A DNA stretch of 64,000 nt from Candidatus Poribacteria bacterium (GTDB lineage Bacteria; Poribacteria; WGA-4E; WGA-3G): assembly GCA_965205015.1 (NCBI GenBank), contig OZ242029.1, forward strand, positions 1,632,001-1,696,000, given 5' to 3'. Positions within the stretch are counted from its first letter, which is position 1; each line of letters starts with the position of its first letter. A model generated the notes under the pieces. It worked only from the letters and a program-made list of their open reading frames with translations. It had not been told where the DNA came from and searched no databases. This document shows, one piece after another, positions 27,129 through 37,500 of this stretch. Position numbers and translations under genes: made by a program.

Positions 27129-28337
27129 TTATTGAATACTTTCTAACAACGTTTCTACGAGTTTTGTTGCGAACGCGTCGTCATTGATATGAGCGTCCAT
27201 CTCAATAACCGTCACGTTATCCCCGATGTGTGATTTCAGATTCTCGATCCAGGCAGATCGGGCTTCGGGTGAGTCGAAGGGTTGTCCTGTTTTGTCAATT
27301 GCCGATACACCTTGGATTGGAATAATAACCGTTGTAGGTCCCTGCGCTTCACTGAGTTTACGAGCCATGATGCGTCCGAGCTCAGCAGTCTCTTCAGGGG
27401 TTGTCCGCATGAGTGTCACAGTTGGGTTGTGCTGATAGAACAACCGGTCGCTGAACTCCTCTGGCACTGTGTCAGGCGGACCGAAATTCACCATATCTAA
27501 GGCGCCCGGCGCGACAACTTGCGGCAGCCCGGATTCTCCTGCGGCTTCCAATCGATCGGGACCGGCACTGAGGACGCCACCGACCAATTCGTCAGCAAGC
27601 TCGGTTGTTGTCACATCTAACACGCCAGCGAGGAAACCGCCTTTGACCAAATCTTCCATCGCTTGTCCACCGGTGCCTGTTGCGTGAAAGACGAGAACTT
27701 CATAACCAGCGTCTTCGAGGATCTCCCGCGCTTTTGTGACACACGGGGTTGTCACGCCGAACATCGTCGCCGCGATTAAAGGCTTATCTGCTGTTGCCTC
27801 TGGCATCTCCGCGTTGACCATTCCGACGATCGCCCCAGCGGCGTTGGCGAGAATCTGTCGAGACAACCGGTTGATACCCGCGATGTCCACAACAGAGTAC
27901 ATCATGCATATATCTTTGGATTGGACATAAGGACTCGTGTCCCCCGATGCCAAGGTCGACACCATAATTTTCGGGACACCTACTGGGACTGCCTGCATTG
28001 CTGTTGTGCCGATGGTAGTGCCTGCGGAGCCACCGAGTGAGATGATCCCGTCAATTTCGCCTGCCGCCTGTTTTTCAGCAACAAGCGTCGCGGCACCTTG
28101 CGCCATTACAGCGACACTATTGCCTCGATCTCCTTCATCTCTCAATGCCTGAAGGGATGAGCCTCCCGCTTGAGCGACTTCATCTGCAGAAACGTCCGAC
28201 GTTAATTGTGGTTCTCCCAATATACCCGTATTCATAACACATGTTGAAGTGCCAGTTGATTCTATTTGCGCTTTGATAAACGAGAATTCCAAGCCTTTCG
28301 TGTCCATTGTGCCGACGATGCAAACTGTTTTTGCCAT
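27129..28337 (-). CDS. Tm-1-like ATP-binding domain protein (UPF0261)
   Basis: GTMDTKG, GGSAGT, TMFGVTTPCV, FHATGTGG, PGALDMVNFG. Confidence 0.9.
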   Translation of the reverse strand: MAKTVCIVGTMDTKGLEFSFIKAQIESTGTSTCVMNTGILGEPQLTSDVSADEVAQAGGSSLQALRDEGDRGNSVAVMAQGAATLVAEKQAAGEIDGIISLGGSAGTTIGTTAMQAVPVGVPKIMVSTLASGDTSPYVQSKDICMMYSVVDIAGINRLSRQILANAAGAIVGMVNAEMPEATADKPLIAATMFGVTTPCVTKAREILEDAGYEVLVFHATGTGGQAMEDLVKGGFLAGVLDVTTTELADELVGGVLSAGPDRLEAAGESGLPQVVAPGALDMVNFGPPDTVPEEFSDRLFYQHNPTVTLMRTTPEETAELGRIMARKLSEAQGPTTVIIPIQGVSAIDKTGQPFDSPEARSAWIENLKSHIGDNVTVIEMDAHINDDAFATKLVETLLESIQ

Positions 28338-28695
28338 TTCGTTTCCTCTGATCTGATGGGGTTGGGCTTCGTTTCCAACCTTTATGCCGGTTTAGACCGT
28401 AGTCGTCTTATTCCTGATAACATTCTCTGAACGCGTTGTGTTGTGGAGTGAACTGTTTTTGACCGAAATCACATTACAGTAGATTATTATAAGACGTGTG
28501 GGAGGACATGTCAAGTTTTTAAAATTGACACAATTCCGGAGATATGATACAATGATTTTCAGTTGTCTTTGATACTTTGAGGACTGACGCATTCACCGTA
28601 AATGACTAAATCTGTGTTCGTCCTGGCTTCATTACAAAACATTTTAACTAATGATTGATAACGTTCTTGTCTTTACTATGTCAGGTTAGGCGTGA

Positions 28696-29172
28696 ATGCG
28701 CGGATTGTGGAGGAAATGTGTGAAATCAATTCATTCTAAACAAGCAGGATTAACGTCAATACAAATCTTAGTTGTCGTCATCGTTCTCGGGATTATCGCG
28801 GCTGTCCTTTTGGCACCTCGATTGCTCGGACAGGCGGGGCGCGCGTTGCAAGCGCAAGCCGCTGAGGATATTGAAACGCTTGGTATTGCGCTTGATAGGT
28901 ATGCCAAAGATAATGGTGATTATCCCTCGACTGAGCAGGGTTTGAAAGCACTCTGGGAAAGACCTGAGGCGCCACCAAGACCCATAAACTGGGTAGAGCC
29001 CTATATTCAGATCCCAATCACGGAGGATCCGTGGGGGAATCCTTATATCTATGTTCGCCCCGGTAACCACGACCGGTACGGGTACGATCTCATCTCTTTC
29101 GGTAGTGATGGTGTTGAAGGTGGAACAGGTGAAGCGGAGGATATCGTTAGCTGGATCCGGCGTGATGAGTAA
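28696..29172 (+). CDS. gspG: Type II secretion major pseudopilin-like protein
   Basis: Prepilin-like QAGLTSIQ plus hydrophobic helix, YPSTEQGLKAL, DPWGNPY, SFGSDG..GG. Confidence 0.8.
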   Translation: MRGLWRKCVKSIHSKQAGLTSIQILVVVIVLGIIAAVLLAPRLLGQAGRALQAQAAEDIETLGIALDRYAKDNGDYPSTEQGLKALWERPEAPPRPINWVEPYIQIPITEDPWGNPYIYVRPGNHDRYGYDLISFGSDGVEGGTGEAEDIVSWIRRDE

Positions 29173-29357
29173 TTTAATTTCACCTCGCGGGAGAACGACA
29201 TAGGTTTGCGCCATTGACGTGTCTTCCTGAGTATCCACTCTCCATTTCATTCTGAGCTACGGATCTGATTGTAGGAGGCACCTCCGGTTCCCGACAGAAT
29301 AACCGAAAACCTGCTCGTAACGAAGTGGAGTGCAGCCCAGGAGGCCATCAGTAAAAC

Positions 29358-30362
29358 ATGAAGATTACTCAGATTGATGTTATCAAAGTAAGAGTGCCGT
29401 ATCATGAAGGCATTTATGAACTCATGACGCGCCGTAATCTCTACCAGATTGATTACGTCTACAAGGTGTACACCGATGTAGGACTCGTCGGGATTGGCGA
29501 TGGGGCATTTCAGGCGGACGATGTCGTTGCGCGTTACATTGGTAGAAACCCATTTGAGTTTATGAACGGTTGGGCACCGACCCCCCTTCAACAGGCTTTT
29601 TACGACATTATGGGGAAGGCTCTTGGCGTGCCGGTGCATCAACTTTTGGGTGAAAAAGTTCACGACAAAACGCAATTCGGCTACTGGTCGATTGATATGA
29701 CCCCAGAGGAATGGGCGGCAGAAGCGGAGCACGCTTATGCGCTCGGCTATCGGCTCCACAAAATCAAAGCCCGCCCGTGGTTTGAAGTACTTGAGCAGGT
29801 AGAAGCAATCGCGGCGGTTGTGCCAGATGATTATCGACTCCGTGTCGATGCAAATGACTCGTTTGAAACCCCAGAGCGTACTCTCGAAGTCGCACGTCGA
29901 CTTCAAGATTACAATATAGAGTCATTTGAAACGCCGATTCCACAAGCCGATATTGTTGGATACCAGGAGATCAAGCGACACACCGATATGCCGATCACAA
30001 TTCACTTCGGCAACCCGGACCCAATCGAAGCAATACGGGCAAATATGAACGATTCGTTTATTATCGCTTATCCGGACTCACGCGCTGCCAATGCTATACG
30101 GGAGGCGGTCATTTCAAACGCTGCCCATCTTCCCGTCTGGCTACAGATTGTCGGGCTCGGTATTACGACCTGTTATGTCATGCATCTTGCTGCGGTGATG
30201 CCGAATGCAACCCTGCCAGCGATTACGCTGAACGCTTTGCGCGCTTTTGACCTTGTTACGCCTTCAACGATTCCACTTGTTGATGGATACGCAACGATTC
30301 CAGATAAACCGGGATTAGGCGTTGAATTGGATGAGGACGCGCTTGAGAATTGCCGCGTCTAA
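29358..30362 (+). CDS. Mandelate racemase/muconate cycloisomerase-family enzyme
   Basis: YDIMGKALGVPV, KIK, RVDAN, ETP, PGLGVELD. Confidence 0.85.
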   Translation: MKITQIDVIKVRVPYHEGIYELMTRRNLYQIDYVYKVYTDVGLVGIGDGAFQADDVVARYIGRNPFEFMNGWAPTPLQQAFYDIMGKALGVPVHQLLGEKVHDKTQFGYWSIDMTPEEWAAEAEHAYALGYRLHKIKARPWFEVLEQVEAIAAVVPDDYRLRVDANDSFETPERTLEVARRLQDYNIESFETPIPQADIVGYQEIKRHTDMPITIHFGNPDPIEAIRANMNDSFIIAYPDSRAANAIREAVISNAAHLPVWLQIVGLGITTCYVMHLAAVMPNATLPAITLNALRAFDLVTPSTIPLVDGYATIPDKPGLGVELDEDALENCRV

Positions 30363-30394
30363 TGGAGATATAAGATGAAGGTATTTACTATCTG

Positions 30395-30652
30395 TTGTAC
30401 GTTGATGGAAAAGTAGATGGTGAGAAACCGAGCGGCGGTACGTTGGATACGAGCGAATCGCCTATCTGGATAGGTGCCCGTCCCGGCAATGTTGCGGCGA
30501 CAGGCCTCTTTGACGAAGTTGGATTCTTCACTGAGGCACTCTCTAAAGATCAACTCAACGATGTGCTGGAGAATGGGTTAGCCGATTATGCCGCTGTTGA
30601 GGCGGCTGGCAAATTAACAACAACTTGGGCTTTGCTGAAAGCAAAAAAATAA
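30395..30652 (+). pseudogene. 5'-truncated LamG-like jellyroll protein with C-terminal KLTTTW motif
   Basis: LYVDG...IGA...GLFDEV...AVEAAGKLTTTWALLK; no signal peptide or N-terminal half. Confidence 0.7.
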
Positions 30653-30698
30653 ATAACAGGCACATCCGTGTGCTAAACAGAAATGGAGAAGACGCATT

Positions 30699-32117
30699 AT
30701 GCAAATGCACGTAGGTGGAGAATGGATTGATAAATCCGATAAAATTGACGTACTGAGTCCTTTTGACGGTTCAGTTGTTGACACCGTTCCCAGGGGGGAC
30801 GCAGCCGACGTCGAGACCGCTATTCAAACTGCTGAACGCGGGGCAAAGATCATGGCGGGTATGACCGGCTATGAACGCTACGAGGTCCTGCGTAAAGTTG
30901 CGGACTTGATGGTGGAACGGGCGGACGAACTCGCCGAGGTGATCACTCGCGAAGAGGGGAAAATCCTCGCCGAGGCGACGATTGAGGCGACACGCGCTTC
31001 CGAAATTATAGCCCTCTCTGCGGAAGAAGCAAAACGGTTGACCGGTGAAACGATTCCTCTTGAAGGCGCGCCGGGTGTGAAAGACAAACTCGGCTTTACA
31101 GTACGCATGCCGTGTGGTATCGTCGCTGGTATTAGTCCCTTCAACTTCCCACTGCACCTCGTTTGTCACAAGGCAGGTCCCGCAATTGCTGGTGGAAATG
31201 CTATTATCATCAAACCTGCGACGGACACACCCCTCTCCGCACTGAAGCTGGTGGAACTCTTTTTAGAAGCAGGGACCCCGCCTGAGGCGATTCAGTGTGT
31301 GACAGGTCCCGGCGGCGAAATCGGTGATACCCTTTGTGCGGATCAGCGCGTCCGGAAGATTACCTTTACGGGTAGCCGTGATGTCGGCGAGCATATCTGT
31401 AAGGTCGCCGGATTAAAGCGTGTCACGATGGAACTCGGCTCGAATTCACCGCTCATCGTTATGCCCGATGCGGATCCCGAAAAGGTCGCGCGTGCAGCAG
31501 CGGCATCCGGTTATTCCAATGCAGGACAGGTCTGTATCTCAACACAGCGCGTCATCGCACATGAAAAAATCTACGGTGATTTCTTAGATGCTTTCCAGGC
31601 GGAAGTTACCCAGATTAGCACCGGTGACCCACTCGCAGAAGGGACACGGATGGGACCGATGATTCGCGAAGGCGATGCGACTCGTGTTGCCGAATGGATT
31701 CAGGAGGCTGTCTCGGATGGCGCAGAACTCCTCACCGGTGGCGATAAGCAGGATCAATTTGTTACGCCTGCCATCCTTGCCAACGTCAAGCCAGAGATGA
31801 AGATCTCCTGTGATGAGGTCTTCGGACCGGCAGTCGGTGTAACGCGCGTTAATGACATTGACGAAGCGATCGCCCTCGCCAACGATACGAATTACGGACT
31901 GAGTGCCGCGATCTTCACACAGAACGTTGATTGGGCAATGAAGTTTGTCCGTGAGGTCGAATCTGGCAACCTGATGGTGAACTGGGGCACGCAGTGGCGT
32001 GCGGATCTGATGCCGTATGGCGGCGTCAAAGAGAGCGGTATGGGCAAAGAGGGTCCGAAATACGCCATAGAAGAGATGACTGAATTGAAGATGGCGATCT
32101 TCCATTTAGATGGTTAG
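30699..32117 (+). CDS. Aldehyde dehydrogenase
   Basis: SPFNFP, KPA, FTGS, MELG, NAGQVC, EVFGP, YGL, GGVKESG. Confidence 0.95.
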   Translation: MQMHVGGEWIDKSDKIDVLSPFDGSVVDTVPRGDAADVETAIQTAERGAKIMAGMTGYERYEVLRKVADLMVERADELAEVITREEGKILAEATIEATRASEIIALSAEEAKRLTGETIPLEGAPGVKDKLGFTVRMPCGIVAGISPFNFPLHLVCHKAGPAIAGGNAIIIKPATDTPLSALKLVELFLEAGTPPEAIQCVTGPGGEIGDTLCADQRVRKITFTGSRDVGEHICKVAGLKRVTMELGSNSPLIVMPDADPEKVARAAAASGYSNAGQVCISTQRVIAHEKIYGDFLDAFQAEVTQISTGDPLAEGTRMGPMIREGDATRVAEWIQEAVSDGAELLTGGDKQDQFVTPAILANVKPEMKISCDEVFGPAVGVTRVNDIDEAIALANDTNYGLSAAIFTQNVDWAMKFVREVESGNLMVNWGTQWRADLMPYGGVKESGMGKEGPKYAIEEMTELKMAIFHLDG

Positions 32118-32130
32118 CGGATTTTTTGAG

Positions 32131-32163
32131 AACGGGCAGATAACGACATCTGCCCGTTTTTTT
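32131..32163. terminator. Intrinsic terminator between convergent genes
   Basis: aacgggcagat/atctgcccgtt stem followed by a T run. Confidence 0.7.
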
Positions 32164-32767
32164 ATGCCTTTTGTGCTGCCATGCTGGCGAGGATACCGAG
32201 GATTTTATCGCACCGTTCGATTGTGTAGGCTGCCATGTCAAGTTGAAGTTTCTTGCCCTCCAACTTAAGGAATACCCAATCTATGCCTGACGTGGTGGCA
32301 CCATAGACGCAGGGGATGTCATTCCCGCTTTCGGTATTAAAACGTTGGGCGGCAACCATCTCTGCGACACACTGTCCAAGCCCGATTGTCAAATTATCCC
32401 TTTTTGCTTCAACCAGGATGATAGCGGGTGCCTCCAAATGAAATTGGGCCGGCGACAGGCTTACCAAAAAATCACAAACGCCGGTCAATCCGTTTTCGGC
32501 ATCAACATTAAAGTCAATCCCCGAGAAAAAACTGATATGACGGTTGAAGTGCTCCCAGAGTTCAACCAGAATTACGGAGATAATCAGTTCTGATTTTGCC
32601 TTCTCCGTGCCCATAGCAAAAGCTAACGGCACATTCCGCTCCAGTGCTGTGGTAAGATGTGCACTCGGTTCCACGGGTTCTGCGTCGGAAAAGATACCGG
32701 CGGCATTAACCTCTTCCAAGTCAAATGCTTTCTTCACCGTTTCTAAAGTCCAATCACTATATGCCAT
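32162..32767 (-). CDS. Conserved hypothetical protein, PD-(D/E)XK restriction-endonuclease-like
   Basis: GVCDF...LVEAK...GQCVAEM...YGATTSG..W. Confidence 0.65.
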   Translation of the reverse strand: MAYSDWTLETVKKAFDLEEVNAAGIFSDAEPVEPSAHLTTALERNVPLAFAMGTEKAKSELIISVILVELWEHFNRHISFFSGIDFNVDAENGLTGVCDFLVSLSPAQFHLEAPAIILVEAKRDNLTIGLGQCVAEMVAAQRFNTESGNDIPCVYGATTSGIDWVFLKLEGKKLQLDMAAYTIERCDKILGILASMAAQKA

Positions 32768-32924
32768 GAGAGGAAGCCTCCGTTCTTTAATCTGATAATA
32801 TCTATATTTTACCAAACGGCTCTGGTATTTTTCAAGTTAAAGAGAAAAGGCGCGGTAGCAACCGCGCCTTCTAAATAGAGGGACTGAGGTCTGAAATCTC
32901 GCTAAAAATTGGCTTTTCGATAGC

Positions 32925-34997
32925 CTACTCTTCCTCTTCGGTTTTCGACTCGGTGATTACCTTCTGCGCGACATCGTCAGGTGTGATCTCGTAATGTGAG
33001 AATTCCATTATAAAGGTGCCACGGGCACTCGTCATCGACTTGAGATCGATGGAATACCGGAGCATCTCCGAAAGCGGGACGTTTGCTTGGATGATCTGCT
33101 TTCTCCCCAACTGTTCAACACCCATTACTTGTCCACGCCGTCCGTTCAAGTCGCCGATAATGCTCCCCATAAACTGTTCAGGCACCGTAATCGCGACGCT
33201 CATAACCGGTTCGAGCAAGCACGGATCGGCTTGTTCGGCAGCGGCAGAAAAGGCGATAGAACCCGCGATCTGGAACGCCATGTCCGAAGAGTCAACAGGG
33301 TGATATTTGCCATCATAGAGATCAATTTGGATATCGACGATTGGGAAGCCAGCAAGTAAACCTCTATCCATTCTCTCACGGATGCCTTTTTCGACAGCCG
33401 GGATATAGTTACGCGGGATCGCGCCGCCGACGATGTTGTTAACAAACTCAAAACCTTCACCGCGTTGCAAAGGGGCAAGATTAATCGTGACATCGCCGAA
33501 CTGTCCTCTTCCACCGGATTGGCGTTTATGTCTACCTTGGACGCTCCGAACGCTGCGACGAATCGTTTCCCGATATGGCACTTTTGGCGGTGAGAGTCCC
33601 GTCTCGACGCCGAATTTGTCTGCCATTCGTTCCCGATTAATGTTAATGTGCAGGTCTCCGAGCCCAGAGATGAGAAGTTGTTTCGTAACTTCGTTACGTT
33701 CAATCCTAAACGTCGGATCTTCTTCGGACATCCGTGTGAGTGATGTTATCAACTTTTCATCGTCGCCTTCGCGCGTCGGGTGGATAGCATAGGAAATAAC
33801 GGAGTTTGGGAAATCAACACCTGGGAGTTGAATTGAGGCGTCTCTGTCGCAGAGCGTATCCCCGGTCTGGGTCACAGCAAGTTTCGTGAGTGCGCCGATG
33901 TCGCCTGCTTCTACCTGTGGTGTACTGATTGCCTCCTGACCGTTCATGAAGGCGGTTTTTCCAAGGCGTTCAATTTGTCCTTGCGTCGAGTTACTGACCT
34001 GAGTATCCCCTTGTAATGTGCCAGAGTAGACACGGAAGAAGCTCAATTGCCCCGCAAACGGGTCGGCAATCGTTTTGAAGACAACAGCGGACATCGGTGC
34101 ATCCAGTGAGGGTTCGCGACTGTCCTCTTCATTCTCTGCAGATGTAACTGCGCCTGCGTCGACCGGAGATGGGCAGCCGATCAACAGCATATCCATCAAT
34201 TGTTGCACGCCGATATTGTTTAAGGCAGCACCACAAAGCACAGGGGTAAACTGGTTCTCGAAAATCCCAAGTTGCAAGCCGTTCTGAATCTCTTCGTCTG
34301 ATAGCTCTCCTTCAAAAAACTTCTCAATGAGTTCATCGTCGCTTTCTGCAGCGACTTCGACGAGTGCTTCGCGGGTTTCTTCAGCCTGTGTCTCCAAGTC
34401 CGCGGGGATTTCGGCTTTTGCAGCACGCTTACTTCCATCGGGTTGCAAATAAGCCGCCATCTGTATGACATCGACGACACCGGCGAACTGCTCCTCTTTG
34501 CCGATCGGGAGTTGAATCGGAACCGCCCGAGTCTCTAAAATTTCTTCAACGCTTGCGAGTGCGTTTTCAAAACTGGCGTTCTCTTTATCCATTTTATTGA
34601 TAAAGATGAGGCGTGGCAGTTCATATTTGTCTGTGACTTCCCATACCTTTTCGGTGCCACCTTCGACACCGGTAGTTGCATCGACAACGACAATGACAGC
34701 GTCGACGACTCGGAGTACACTGTGGAGGTCGCCATAAAAATCTTCTGCGCCCGGAGTATCAATCAGATTTAGTTTATGTCCTTCCCATTCTGCAATACAG
34801 ACTGAACAGTTGAGGGTTGTTTTACGTTCAATCTCGTCAGCGGCATAGTCAGCTACAGAATTTCCACTATCGACAGCCCCCATTCGCTCAATAGCACCCC
34901 CGTTATAAAGCATCGCTTCAACGAGTGATGTTTTGCCTGCTCCTGAATGCGCGATAATTGCAATGTTTCGGATCTGGTCTGTCCTGTATTGTTTCAT
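32925..34997 (-). CDS. fusA: Elongation factor G paralog (EF-G2-like)
   Basis: AHSGAGKT, DTPG, NKMD, EEDPTF, YRETI, KRQSGGRGQFG, DGKYHPVDSS, LLEPV; not in an str operon. Confidence 0.9.
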   Translation of the reverse strand: MKQYRTDQIRNIAIIAHSGAGKTSLVEAMLYNGGAIERMGAVDSGNSVADYAADEIERKTTLNCSVCIAEWEGHKLNLIDTPGAEDFYGDLHSVLRVVDAVIVVVDATTGVEGGTEKVWEVTDKYELPRLIFINKMDKENASFENALASVEEILETRAVPIQLPIGKEEQFAGVVDVIQMAAYLQPDGSKRAAKAEIPADLETQAEETREALVEVAAESDDELIEKFFEGELSDEEIQNGLQLGIFENQFTPVLCGAALNNIGVQQLMDMLLIGCPSPVDAGAVTSAENEEDSREPSLDAPMSAVVFKTIADPFAGQLSFFRVYSGTLQGDTQVSNSTQGQIERLGKTAFMNGQEAISTPQVEAGDIGALTKLAVTQTGDTLCDRDASIQLPGVDFPNSVISYAIHPTREGDDEKLITSLTRMSEEDPTFRIERNEVTKQLLISGLGDLHININRERMADKFGVETGLSPPKVPYRETIRRSVRSVQGRHKRQSGGRGQFGDVTINLAPLQRGEGFEFVNNIVGGAIPRNYIPAVEKGIRERMDRGLLAGFPIVDIQIDLYDGKYHPVDSSDMAFQIAGSIAFSAAAEQADPCLLEPVMSVAITVPEQFMGSIIGDLNGRRGQVMGVEQLGRKQIIQANVPLSEMLRYSIDLKSMTSARGTFIMEFSHYEITPDDVAQKVITESKTEEEE

Positions 34998-35289
34998 ACG
35001 TCCAAAAATTTCTCCTTTTACTGTTAACCACACGGAATAGAGCGAGCTACGCCGTTTAAAGATAAATCTTAGCACAATATGGCAAAAATGTCAAGAAAAT
35101 ATTTCTATTAATGCTGTCCCAAGCAAAAACGCCTGACATAACGTGTCGGATTTAAGGTATAATTAATTCAATTAATTATGGAAACTGTTCTCTATAAAAC
35201 TAAGTCAAGCCCGTAGGGGTTGACGGCTCTGGAGAAATGAACTTCAAAGTTCAAACTTCCGTGCTTTACCCGCAAGGTAAATTAAAAAT

Positions 35290-35658
35290 ATGCAAAATCT
35301 TTTCTTTGCGTTCGGTTCAGGTTTAAGTCTGCTTGGTGTTGTTTTCGGGGCGTTTGGGGCGCATGCGTTGCGATCAAAACTCTCGCCGGAGATGCTTGAG
35401 ACGTTTGAAGTCGCAGTTCGGTATCAGATGTATCACAGTCTGGGGATGATTGCTGCGGCGTGGGCGGTATCGCAGTGGCAGAACCAACTCACGGTGGTAT
35501 CGGGATGGTGCTTTTTGGCAGGTATCCTAATTTTTTCGGGCAGTCTCTATATCCTGAGCCTCACGGGGGTTCGATGGCTCGGTGCGATTACGCCGATCGG
35601 GGGGTTGGCATTTATTATCGGTTGGGGTTGTCTGACACTCGCTGCGATTCGCGGGTAA
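35290..35658 (+). CDS. DUF423 membrane protein
   Basis: GAFGAH, YQMYH, FSGSLY, GAITPIGG. Confidence 0.93.
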   Translation: MQNLFFAFGSGLSLLGVVFGAFGAHALRSKLSPEMLETFEVAVRYQMYHSLGMIAAAWAVSQWQNQLTVVSGWCFLAGILIFSGSLYILSLTGVRWLGAITPIGGLAFIIGWGCLTLAAIRG

Positions 35659-35824
35659 AACGTCTGTGTTTCAGTCTGTTTAGGGTTGACAGTTGGGACA
35701 TGTTGGTGTAAAATAATGAGAACGAAAAGAACGTGATCTATCCACTTTGTGACGACCGCGAGCGTCCTTAACTCGAAAAACGAAATATTCGATGCTCCGG
35801 CTATAAATCTAAGGAGAATCTCTC

Positions 35825-36499
35825 ATGAAAAAGTTGAATATCCAATGGGTTTACGCGTGCATTTGCTTGGGCTTTATGCTAATTGGGCACACCACACAGG
35901 CGATTCGTTATGAGTTTGATAGTGACAAGGAGATTGCCGATTGGGAGTTGGGACCCCAGGCAACCGCAAAGGTGAAAGACGGTATGCTTGAACTTACCGT
36001 TGCCGGTGGGCAGAATTCAGGTATCTACTTTGGGGAAGAAAATTGGACGGATTATCGCATGGAAGTCAAAGCACGAAAACTTGCTGGACCCTATTTCCAT
36101 CTGTTCGTTCGGACGCAAGAACCCGCGGTGGATTTCTATTTCATGGAGATCAGTTACAACTCACATACAACTTCGATTTTCATGTTTCAAGGCGGTGGCG
36201 CAAATGAGATTACCGGCGGTCCGCGCCCAAAACGTCCCGACTCAAAGGACACCAAAGGTGGTGATGCATATACCATCGTCTTTGAAATAGAAGGGGAAAC
36301 CCTCAGAACCTACATTGATGGAAAACTGATGGTTGAAAACCAAGATAAAACCTACGATAAAGGTCGTCCCGGTTTAGGCGGTAGGGATTCAACTGTTGCG
36401 TATGAATATGTTGAAATCAATGGTGAGGGTATCCCACCGACAGCAGTGGAACCTGCTGACAAATTGGCTACGCTATGGGGTGAATTGAAGCGTAAGTGA
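35825..36499 (+). CDS. Exported DUF1080/lectin-like beta-sandwich protein with C-terminal KLAT.WG motif
   Basis: Signal peptide, WTDY, YIDGK, GRPGL, AVEPADKLATLWGELK. Confidence 0.7.
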   Translation: MKKLNIQWVYACICLGFMLIGHTTQAIRYEFDSDKEIADWELGPQATAKVKDGMLELTVAGGQNSGIYFGEENWTDYRMEVKARKLAGPYFHLFVRTQEPAVDFYFMEISYNSHTTSIFMFQGGGANEITGGPRPKRPDSKDTKGGDAYTIVFEIEGETLRTYIDGKLMVENQDKTYDKGRPGLGGRDSTVAYEYVEINGEGIPPTAVEPADKLATLWGELKRK

Positions 36500-36648
36500 A
36501 CCAAAGTGGTTAGCTCGTAATGAAATTATGCCTTAAATGGCATAATTTGTCTTTGCTTTACATTTGGAGAGCGGATTTAAGGAACGCACGTCCAAGATGG
36601 GACGCACGTCGTTTGACCGCAAGGAATAATTAAAAAAGGAGGAAGACA

Positions 36649-37500
36649 TTGAAGAATCTTGCTATTCTTTTTCTCACGGTTTTAATTTCTACGCAGGTTG
36701 AAGCCAATTACAATTTTGCGCTTCACACCGATTCGCACCCTTGGGCGCGTGAAGACCTAAAAGGGGCTCAGGCGGAAATTGATACCTTGATTAAGATTAT
36801 TGATAATAAGGTAAACCTAACGGCTTTTGAACCCAAAGATATTAAGGGATTAGCCGATTGGGTCAAGGCACACACGGAGGGGGGTGGAAACACTCTTATT
36901 CTGACAGGGATCACCCCTTCAACAATTTATCCGACTGGTAATGCGAAACCCGATGGCTCGCTTCTTGAAGAGTTCCTTGATGCCGGCAACACGATTTTCA
37001 ATACGGGTGAATACACCTTCTACACATCGGAAGGACCCGCGGAAACGAATGGGCAAGCTGCATTACCCCATATCATTGACGTTCCAGAAGCTTTCGTGTG
37101 GATGAATAGAGGTCCGGACGCCTGGCAAGCCAATCCAGTGGAAATGACGCCGACACAGGAAGGCAAAGACCTCATACCGAGTCTGAAAGAGTATAACACC
37201 TCTTATCCGTTCCACGTGGAAGATTATGAGAAATCGCCGTGGGAGTTAGAGATCGCGCTGGCTGAAAATAAGGATGACGATTTACGGGTTGACCCCGCTG
37301 TAATATTCAACGAAGAGACTGGGGGTCGACTCGGTATTTTCGTTCAGGTCTATGTGGGGGATGTACCGCATCCGGGTGTCTCGTGGGGCGATATTATGGG
37401 GGAATTCATCGTTAACTATTACCTACCAGAGGTCTTATCGGTTGAACCTGTCGATAAATTAACAACGACTTGGGGAAACCTGAAAGGAGAGAAAAAATGA
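36649..37500 (+). CDS. Exported hypothetical protein with C-terminal KLTTTWG motif
   Basis: RBS AGGAGG, TTG start, signal peptide VEA-N, SVEPVDKLTTTWGNLK. Confidence 0.75.
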   Translation: MKNLAILFLTVLISTQVEANYNFALHTDSHPWAREDLKGAQAEIDTLIKIIDNKVNLTAFEPKDIKGLADWVKAHTEGGGNTLILTGITPSTIYPTGNAKPDGSLLEEFLDAGNTIFNTGEYTFYTSEGPAETNGQAALPHIIDVPEAFVWMNRGPDAWQANPVEMTPTQEGKDLIPSLKEYNTSYPFHVEDYEKSPWELEIALAENKDDDLRVDPAVIFNEETGGRLGIFVQVYVGDVPHPGVSWGDIMGEFIVNYYLPEVLSVEPVDKLTTTWGNLKGEKK

